Shown here piece by piece: positions 48,514 to 59,100 of a stretch of DNA of 64,000 nt. Below the pieces are notes generated by a model. It was given only the letters and a program-made list of their open reading frames with translations, had not been told where the DNA came from and made no database searches. The DNA is from Podarcis liolepis (Eukaryota). Each line of letters begins with the position of its first letter. Positions within the stretch are counted from its first letter, which is position 1. A program made the position numbers and the translations under genes. The DNA lies in assembly GCA_965112155.1 (NCBI GenBank), contig OZ218103.1, one strand, 5' to 3'.

Positions 48514-49739
48514 TTGTTTCAGCATGGAATATACACATTGGTCTCAGCAGCACCCTAGTTCTGTGCATCAACAGCCACTTCAGCCTGAATGTTTAATGTC
48601 AAAAAGCCTGCCACATCTTGGTGTCATACATGAAAAGAACAGAAGCCCAAACTGCTTAGGTTAAGAATCTTGGTCTTGAAACTATTGGATTTTTGCATAC
48701 ACGTGTATGCCAGGAGAAGTTAGGCAATGAAACTTCCCAGCCAAGGAGGAAAATGTACTTTTAATAAAGCCCTGCCAATGGGACACAGTCATCATGGAGC
48801 ACAAGGGTCTATCTGCTCTGCTCATATCCTCACATTCTCTGTTCACCCTTTTCCTTCTGACCCCAAGGAAGCTTAGCTAGTTAATTTGATATTCTGGATA
48901 AAAGAAGGCTCAAGAACTCAAAAGAGAATTAACAAGACTGTAGAGCCTGAAGGTCATTCTTGGTTTCAGATGCAAATTTAATGCCGTTGACATTCAGTGC
49001 AGAAAGATTAGAAGCAAATGCACTCTTTATAGATAGCCATAGAGGGCAGATAGTTTGCGCATTCAAAAGAGTGAGCCATTGGGCTTGGCTGTAAGGTTTG
49101 GTTATATTGATGGGGGATAAGGAATTTGGAGCGCCTGGTCAGAAGACATTGGTGACTGGAAATAGTTGTCATGGTTGTACATCAGAAGCAAAGCAGTGTT
49201 TTAGGAAGGCCACTCAAATACTTGGCCCTGTTGCAGTAGTCGTAATATTCATTTCTTGTGCTATCCTTGCTTTAAAATTTGATTTTATATCCCACCATTC
49301 TAGCCCTTAGGATGACTATTGCCAATTGAAGTTAGTTATAAAATACAATAACATTAAATAATGTAACATCATAAAACGGGTAGGTTCAGCAGGGGGTAGA
49401 TAAAACAAATAAAACAAAACCCTGGCTACCACAGAAACTTGAGCATCCATTCTCAGGAAGGATTGGAGTCATATAAAGCCATACAATAACATTTCAAAAA
49501 GCACTAAACTTATTTGGTATGTATTGATGAATTCAATATTTCTTAGTTTTGCCATGCAATCTTGCTCTAAGGGAGCAGAGTACCCACCGCTAGCCTGGAT
49601 CGATACAGATTTTGAAGAGGCAAAAAGCTGCTTGAAAGGATGCTGCAGATAAGTTCCAGTGCTGAACATATCCCAAAGGATTGTGGTGCAAAGTCAGTAC
49701 TTTTTTATTCAGTGCAAATAGTTGTGCTAATCTGGTCTC

Positions 49740-50108
49740 CATTCATGAGTCAGTGATAGGGGCCACCTGTGACCAACTCAAAAACACCCAGTCCTGGCCA
49801 TGATCCTGGCAACATTCTCTCATTTGTGGTGGGTGGAGCAGAGCTCCCAAATTTACTGCCCATACATCTCGGGACAAACAGAGTTAACCCCCAAGCCTGT
49901 AGCTTCACCTGTTAACAACTGAGACTTTGCCTGGCTGCAGCTTTAAATAGTCTGCTGCGTATTCCTTCACTCCTTTTAGACGAGGAGAGTTGGGTTACAA
50001 GAGCAGAGATAAATAGTAAAATGAGTGTTGGGTGGTTGTGCAGTTTCGTTCTTCCACTCGTCCACGCCACACTTGGTTTCTCAGGACTCTCCTGAGGTAG
50101 TAGGGAAA
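49740..50108 (+). promoter_or_regulatory. AMPD1: AMPD1 proximal promoter / 5'UTR
   Basis: TATA/MEF2-like CTTTAAATAG 49941-49950 lies ~28 nt before Inr-like TCACTCC (A at 49969). E-boxes CACCTG ~49764 and ~49907, AP-1 TGAGTCA ~49746. Confidence 0.55.
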
Positions 50109-50130
50109 ATGCCGAAGGTGAAAGTTCCAG
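50109..50130 (+). CDS. AMPD1: AMPD1 coding exon 1 (MPKVKVP)
   Basis: gaaaATGCCG...CCAG|gtaggt; 22 nt, phase 1, as in human exon 1. Confidence 0.85.
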
Positions 50131-53100
50131 GTAGGTCTAAATTCCCAAGTAGCCTTTGGCAAGTTGGGAGGAAGCCTTCTTTTATGATGAGGTCGGTGCC
50201 AATAGCCAGACTCTCAAGAATGGATTCACAAAGCAGCTCTGATTGCCTATTTAAGTTATGCAAGGCACAGGAGGTGGAAGGAGAGAGAGCTTGAGCCATT
50301 AGCTTTCCCAATATGAGTACAGTAGTTTGGATAGACAGTCAGGCAAGTGGCTTTTAGGCCACAGAAGTGAAATTGGATGAGACCAGTTGATTCAGCAGAA
50401 CCCAGTTTTGCTGTGTTAAAAATTTATCAGAGGTTGGATAAACTTCCACAGGAGCACCCCTAGACATTGGTGTTTGCCAGATAAAAGAGAAATTAGAGGG
50501 TTTTCAGTAACCTTTAATGGCTTATCATTAGCAGCAAGGTAATTAAGACATGCACCAGGCTAGTAGTCAAAAGGGGGCTGGATTTAGCTTCTCTTTGTCA
50601 GCTCGTAAAAGACCTGAATAAACCCTCCTGGGAACATGTTGCCTTCCAACTCTGTGGTTCTGTGCTGTTACTAGCAGAATAGCAACATGGTCCAAGGAAT
50701 ATAGAACAAAACTGATTAGATTTATTGCATTTTTTGAAGCAGCAGCAGCAACTATCCACATATTAAATCTAAGCCTTTGATAAGCTTAAAAATTACATAA
50801 ATAATCCTTTCAACTTGCTCTTATTTTGTTATGCTCCTAAAGGAACATTTCTTACAGCAAACAAAATGGGTTTAAAAAGTGTTTTGTCGCTTTTCTCTTT
50901 GTCCAATATTTCAAGTTGTTATCAAAGAGTTCAGTTCTCTCCCCCCCCCCATATTAGCATACAAAGATGCTTCCCTTTTAAATAAAAATACTGTAATAAA
51001 TATCCACAGCTCATAATCAAATATTCCTACAATGTCCATGCCACATGAACAGGTAGCCTCAGGTCTGTTGATTTCGTTTGACAGAACGCGAATGGTGCAA
51101 TAGTTTCCCTTTGAGTATGACAGTTATATTTAACAAACAGACCTTGGTTCCAGTTTGTACTTTTGCATGTTTTTTTTTTAAAGGTGAAGTATAGGAAGTT
51201 TTGCTGCTGTATCCTTTCACTTCCTTTGAGCAAGCGAGCTGAGAAGATGAATCCTACTGGTAGACATGCTAATAAATTGTCAGGGGAGGATTGAGCATTG
51301 ATGGACCTGTGCTTTTAATGGTAGAAATGCTGAATAATGCCCATAGGTGCCTACTAAGAAGACCTGGACCACATTTTTGTGTTGCACTTTCAACTGATAT
51401 CTCACACTAACTTTTTTAAAAAACTGTCAGTCTGCACCCCCTTCGGATACAGTGGTATCTTCCATGCTTGGAAACACTCCAGCTAAGGGCTCGTACACAC
51501 TTCTGCTTGACCTGTGATTTGTAGGCATGGATCTGAGCGGTTTTCCTCTTGCCTCGCTCCAGCCCCAGGGAAAACACACTCTCTAGTGCTAAATTGGAGC
51601 AAATGTCAATCTGGAGAAAACCTGAATTGCTGTTTGCCCTGATTGAGCGCAAATGAGTGGAGGAAAGCAGTGGAACAAAAGGAAGTGGAGTTAGGCCCTC
51701 AAACTAGTCTACGCTGATTTTCTCCTTACCAAACAACTGTTCTACATACTAGGTTTTAGAATATTTGTGTGTGGACTAAAGGATTATCTTTTCATATTAT
51801 TACTTTGGCATATATGAAAGGTGGTAATCAGAGTCATGCCCCAGACTACCATATGTTCACAGTTAAGAGTTACCATTTGCAAAGAGAGTATTACATTTGT
51901 AGGCAAATGTTCCAAATCATGCATACAAGAAGCTATATACCTTCAGATGTACAAGCACAGAGTCTGTGAAAACAGTATTTTTTGAATACATGGAGTCATT
52001 GAGTTCAGGCCCTCACAAGCCCCTTCCATATGCTCACTTGTATCCAAATAAATGCATGGAAAGGGATATTGGTGGTGCCAATCCCTGGTTCTGAGGTAGA
52101 ATTTAAAAGACTGCATCCGTCATATCAGGATGTCTGGGCAAGTTATCCCAAATTGCTTTCTTAACTGTTCTTTCTTCCCATTGTAGAGCTGTTCAACTAC
52201 TATGGTATGTAGAGTATATATTTCTGCAAACATTTGCTCATTAAAACTGTTCGTTTCTGTATATAAATGTGGACAACGGGTTAAAAAAAAACTTTAGGTG
52301 CTACATTCTGTGATCTGATTACATTTATTTTATTTCACTCTCAAACAGCAGAGGAGAAACGTGAGTATAACTCGGCCTTCCTTGTGCCGCCTGCTGCTTT
52401 GTTAAGCAGTTGATCATATCCAAAAGACAAATGATCACAGCAACTCAGCGACTGTCTGTTTCTCAGCAGTCATTGCCAGGAGCTATTGATGCATCTGGGG
52501 TGAGGAAGAAAGCTTGTATGGGGCTTGGAGGAAGGCAGGGTGTCATAACAGGACTTGCATGGGGTGTGCTGTCCTCATGAGTCTGGATGATTCAGCCCTT
52601 CATCAAACCTGCCTTTTCAAGGAGCTCAGATACCTTCCTTTGAGTTGCAATACTAGGAAGGAATGCTGGAGCCCAGTTCTCTCCACCAAGTCTTTTACCT
52701 GGGCACCAACTAAAGGCAGGGATGCGGGTGGCACTGTGGGTTAAACCACAGAGCCTAGGACTTGCTGATCAGAAGGTCAGTGGTTTGAATCCCTGCGACG
52801 GGGTGAGCTCCCGTTGCTCGGTCCCTGCTCCTGGCAACCTAGCAGTTCGAAAGCACGTCAAAGTGCAAGTAGATAAATAGGTACCACTCTGGCGGGAAGG
52901 TAAACGGCGTTTTCTTGCTTCTCTGGTTCACCAGAAGCGGCTTATTCATGCTGGCCACATGACCCGGAAGCTGTACACCCTTGGCCAATAAAGCGAGATG
53001 AGCGCCGCAACCCCAGAGTCAGCCACAACTGGACCTAATGGTCAGGGGTCCCTTTACCTTTACAACTAAGCTGGACCCTCAAAAGCACCTGCTTGCAGGG

Positions 53101-56100
53101 AAAAGAGGAACACGAGTGGATGGTTGAAGTTACTTGGTAGTGGGCCCACTTTGACTCTTGGGTTGTATAGTTGGACTCTAAGGTTCTCTCCTCATTAAGC
53201 TCCTGGTATATGACTGCATTTCAACCTAAAAACTGGGCATTGGCACAGATTGCCCTGCTGAGAAATGGCTGTCTTTCTGGGCTGGCTGGCTACCGCTGGG
53301 TGCACAGGTGAGCATGAGCCACATTGCCCAGCAACCCCTGTGCGCAAGGGCATTTGCTGGGAACAGTGTTGCTTCCCTGTTCTTGTGGAATTGAGATGTG
53401 GATCACTGGCTGCTTTGACAACACAAGAGGTCTCTAGGCAGGACTTAGGAGCTCGGAATAGGACGACAACCCCTTATGTCCAAACTTCTAGTCTGGTGTG
53501 AGTGTGGACTTCATTCCCCGCTCAATCCCCATGCACATTGTCTGTTTGGAAAGTGGCATTGCATGAACTTGCCATTTGCATGGCCTCTGGCATTCCCATC
53601 TCATTGTCATGATGCCCTATGCCCTTCCTGCTTATTCCACTTGCATATCTCCTGCTGAACCAGATTACTTCCCTGCTTCCTCAATGTCCACCATCAAAGC
53701 AGTGCTTGCACAAACATGCCCTTCTGATAGCCTACGTGTGTGGATGGATTACAGTGATCGAGATATTAAATTCTTATAGAAAAGCATTTTCTCGGCAGCA
53801 AAATAGTCACCGATCACCAAAACATTTTACTATATGAATTTAATGTATCCAATAAACTAATCCCATTAGTGCAAGGATTTCCATTTGGGCAATGGAACCT
53901 TCCCTCCTCCTCTTCCCCACCCCCATTTCTTCCCCAAATCTGCTCCAAAGAGTTGGAGAAAACTTCAGAACGGATTTAGGGGACGCTCAAAGAAAGCAAG
54001 AGAGGAGAGGTTCTGTTGCACAGTCCAAAGTCCTTGCACTAAGAGAACCACTTTGCTGGGTACCACCCAATATATCTGTTTTGTTAGTCACTGTAATAAA
54101 TATATGCTTTTAATAATTAATTTCATCCTTCCTAGATCCAGAGCAACACACACACACACACCCCTGCAGCCTTTTGTATGATACAGTCGTACCTTGGTTG
54201 TTGAACTTAATCTGTTCCGGGAGTCCGTTCGACTCCCGAAATGGTTCAAAAACCAAAGCGTAGCTTCCGATTGGCTGCAGGAGCTTCCTGCACTCAATTG
54301 GAAGCTGCGTCACATGTTCAGCTTCCGAAAAACATTCACAAACCGGAACACTCACTTTCGGGTTTGCAGCATTCAGGAGCAAAAACGTCTGAGTACCAAG
54401 GCGTTTGAGAACCAAGCTATGACTGTACTAAGGCTGCAGTTCTGGGCACACTTACTCGGGTGATGGTGACTTTTACTTGTGAGTAAACATGCATAGAATT
54501 GGACAGTAAAATTGTAAGACATAGCCAATGCTTGATTCTCAGCAGACGTGACTATCCTGCGAAACACCATAACCTGAAAGGTCTCACACCATCCATACTC
54601 AGAAGGACCTGTACAGATCTGTATAACATATCCTTTCATGGGACTGTACCTGCATACACTACCATTGCTGGCTACAACAAGAAACATCATGCAGTAGTCT
54701 CAGGCTGTTTGAAAGATCGGAGCCTGCCTTTTGGAGCTCTGACCCCACAGTTATTTGTGAGCACTCCTTATTGTGCACCTTGAGATCTCTAAGCAGAAAC
54801 ATCTATGACTGTTGCCCTTTCCTGTACACGTTGCTCAGTGGCAGAAGGGTGCTATCCAGGCTCTGATTTCCACAAAAACGGGCTAAGACTACAATGAGGA
54901 AGCCCAAAACAGGTAAGACACTTCTTTTCTAAGTCACCTGGTTTCACATTAGCTTGGAATTTAGTTTAGATCCAGTTCACAGTCCAAAGCAGGTTGCACC
55001 CACTATGGTGATGCCATCTACACTTACTGGCTGAGAAAGCCAAACCTATCAGCCCAAATTCAGCTTCATTCTTATTCTCATTGCCATGACAGCATACTCA
55101 GTGTAGAGAGGCACAAACATTTCCAGACTATGGAGAAGCGCAGACTCTAACCACCCAGAATCTAGAGCCATGAGTGGATACCAAGAGAAGCTTGTCAGTC
55201 TTCACCTCCATGAAGCATTTATGCACCCCAACACGTCCATGGTTCGTCACTGGTGTTTCACCTTTCCTCACTGAAGCCCTGGAATCTCGCTGTAAAAGGT
55301 TATCAGTAGAAGTACTAAGAATACTATCTGCTTAAAACCCTGCAGCGACATTGAGTCAAAGTAGACTATGTTGAGGCTGATGGATCAATTGTGTGACACA
55401 TGATAAGTAAGCTTTGTAAATACTCTGCAGCCCTGTAGTTGCATTCTTCCCTAGAACTACCAAGCTGCATCCAGGAATGTGGTGCAGGTAAGTCTTCAGT
55501 TTCAGAGCACATGTGACATACTGTTTTAGCCTGTCAGTTCCCTGTCATGCGTACAAAGAGAATGCAGGCATGAGGTGGCCTCTGAGTGCACACAGGGCTG
55601 GTGTGCTGAGTGACGCAATTGATCCATCCTCCCGCAATGACCAAGAGCTGGCCTAGTGACCTTCTGCTTTCTCCTGACAGAAACGGATGATGCCATGCGC
55701 TCCTTCGCAGAGAAGGTCTTTGCCTCAGAGGTGAAGGATGAAGGGGGCCGGCACGAAATCTCTCCCTTTGATGTGGAGGATGTCTGCCCCATATCACATC
55801 ATGAAATGCAACAGCATATGATCAACGAGGAGGAGAGTTCAAGTGACACTGGGAAAAAGTGAGAGTTCTGTATGTGTGCATGCACTGCTGGGATAATGGG
55901 AAATTGGGGCTGAGGAAGGAGGAGCCATGAAAGATTGGATGGGTAACCTAGTAAGGTGTGGCTCAGATAGATCCTGTGCCAGATGTGTGCTGATCACAGT
56001 ACCTCATAATGCAGGCGCCAGATACACTTGCACTCACACTAAGGAAAGGTGGCAACGGATGTGAAAAGAGCTGGTTCCTGAACCTTGGAAGACTTGCGTT

Positions 56101-59100
56101 TATGGGAAACTACAGAGTGGCTGTGGGATGCGGGTGGCGCTGTGGATAAAACCTCAGTGCCTAGGAGTTGCCGATCGCATGGTCGGCGGTTCGAATCCCC
56201 GCGGCGGGGTGAGCTCCCGTCATTTGGTCCCAGCTCCTTCCCACCTAGCAGTTCGAAAGCACCCTTAAGTGCAAGTAGATAAATAGGTACCGCTTTATAG
56301 CGGGAAGGTAAACGGCGTTTCCGTGTGCTGCACTGGTGCTGGCTCGCCAGAGCAGCTTCGTCACACTGGCCACGTGACCCGGAAGTGTCTCCGGACAGCG
56401 CTGGCTCCCAGCCTCTAGAGTGAGATGAGCGCACAACCCTAGAGTCGGACACGACTGGCCCGTACGGGCAGGGGTACCTTTACCTTTACAGAGTGGCTAA
56501 TTCCAGTTGGAGCAGCCACCAGCACAGAGTGCACCATCTGTACTAGCAACCCTTAATCATCAGAGCAGACCAAGTGATTAAGTATTTTGAAGATTAGCTT
56601 AAAGCGAAACCATTTGCTCACATAGATTTTCAAAACTGATGTGGATATAAAACATTCCTCAAGCCACTTGGCTGGAATTGTTGGAAGAGTAGCCTTTGCC
56701 CTATGTTTCTAGGCACTGAACAGTTTTGAGCAGATATATTCTCAACCACATTGCCTTTCTACGGAAGAATGGAGTATTTCCATGTGATAATGACGGCAGA
56801 TAGGTAGCTTTTCACTACAAGCAAGTGTGAAAGCCATGGTCTTATTTGTCCTTTTGATTTCCATAAGTGTGCCTCTTGTCAATACTACCTGAGCAGTGGC
56901 ACTTTGCTCCTATTCCTCAGTGGCTTACTCTGACCCCATAATTTGTATGCCCTGCTTCCTCGTGGAAATGTCTTTAGATGCAGATTACAAATTTGCTGAA
57001 GAAGCTAGTCAATTCAGAGAAGGTCCAAAACCACACCAGAAAGATGCTAGTTCTGAATCTATTTATAGAATGTATAGTTCAGCTTCATCACAAGTGATCC
57101 TTGGGCAGATCACAACAACAACAACAAAAGACAAAATGTAATTAAAACATACCACTATCACTTCCTCTCTCCTTTTTCAAAAACCAATTCAAAGGCTTTT
57201 TGAATTGGAGGAAGAGATAGATCTTTAGTTGGTGCCACAAAATAGGCATGGTAGGTGCCAGCCAGTCTTCAGGGTGCCATTACTGACAAGGCCTTCCACA
57301 ATACAGTATATAAAGACATTTGTATATTCCTTTGCTACCTCCCTCCAGGATCATGAAATATCAGCCAAACTTTCAATGTAGCCAGAGCTATGGGAAGTGT
57401 ATGGTGAACTGACCATGCAATACAGATGATTGCTGCCAAAGCATAGACAAAACTATATGAAATGAGTTTCCATTAGTGTTGCTTTCCTTTTCTTCATCCC
57501 TTCTAGGAAGAAGAGGCTCTTGCGGCTGAAGACCATTGCACTGCTTGTTCCTACTGCGGGAAAGTCTTCGACCAAACTGTCCACCTTAGATGAGGTCATC
57601 TCCAGCAGTGCTTCGTATCAAGCCGTTCCCAAATTCCAGCGTGTTCAGATCACGGGCGACTATGCTGCAGGGGTCAGTAGCTGGAGGTGCCAAACCATCT
57701 CCTGTCATGGATGAGCCTATTCTGCTGCCTCTTCTTCCATTTTGTTAGATGTGGTACTCCCAATACTGCGGTACTCATAATACTGCAACTTGGAATGGGG
57801 GGGGGGAAGGTAACCCTCCTGTTTTTCAGGGCTTCCCTGAATAATAATAATAATAATATATTTAAAAGTCTGTTCAGGGTTGGTACACACCATATATTTA
57901 AAGCAGACCTTACCTGTAGTATGTGCTGGGTTTTGTAGCTCACTGGTAAACTACAGTTCCCAGGTTTCTTTGGGGGTGCTTTAAATGTATAGTGTGTGTG
58001 CTAACTGCAAGTGGGATCGACAAGGGAAGTAAAATAAAGTGTGTTCAGAGAATTTAAAAAAATAGCCCTCTAAAACTAAAATGTAATGAAGTGGATATAA
58101 TCAAGCATTGTGCTTACAGAGCACTTGGAAAATGTGGTACACTCCCCTCCTCCAGCACTGCCTTGAGAGAGAATATCTGCCGGCTTTATAGATGGGCAAC
58201 AAAGGCGCATTTATTGGGCACAAACCCCGATAACGCAGAAAAGGCTTGCTGTTCTTTCCAGATCTTCATCCCCCATACCCCCCCTCCCATTTCAAGTTGC
58301 AAGAGACACAGCCCCGAAATGGAATGGGAGGAGGTGGAGTTCAGTGGGACTCCTGCAACTAACCTTAGCTGTGTCCTTAGGCTAGCTGCGTCTGTGTTTT
58401 GAGTGGCCTAACTTGAACCTGTTGAGAAATAAATCAAATATGGGGGGATTTGCTGGGTCAAGGGATATTGATGAAATTGAAGTGGGAACATCCTGGCGCT
58501 CAAAATAGCTTCAACAGTTGGATCCTGCCATGTCCCTGATCACCTTTCATTGCCAGCCTTGGTGGGTTATTGGAAGACATGGCTGCTGCTGGAATATACG
58601 CTGTACGCTCTCCTTCACTCGAGCAACCATACTGGGCTCTATCCCACAGGCAGCTCCAGGTTTAAGCAAAGTTCTTGCTGTGGCCTCCCTCCTGGGTGGG
58701 CTTCCTTTGCAGCATTGCAAAACAGTGGCCCTTCCTTCCTTCCTTCCTTCCTTCCTTCCTTCCTTCCTAATTGTAAGGAGCAGAAAGGTTCCTGTGAGTG
58801 ACAATCTCCCAATGTCGGCCATTTTGTTTTCCTTACCATAGCCCAGGAATTGTGATGGCCCAGAGCATTGTAGGGAAAATAAAATGGCAGGCACCAGCTA
58901 AATGGCAGCCACCAGAGCTCAACGAGGACAGGCAACTGTAAGTGCAATCGGCCCTGCCAAGGACATGGGAGCCGCAATAGCTGCCATGTGCTGACGCTGG
59001 GCCTGCTTCATTCTCATTGCTATTGTTATCCCCACCACCACCTCCAACCAGGCATGCTGGGAGACGACTCTTTATCTCACAGTGCAAGAGTAGGAAACTT

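Noticed and set aside
50025-50108. In-frame N-terminal extension of AMPD1 from the ORF track
   Set aside because: Starts at GTG with an in-frame TGA just upstream; no in-frame ATG before 50109.
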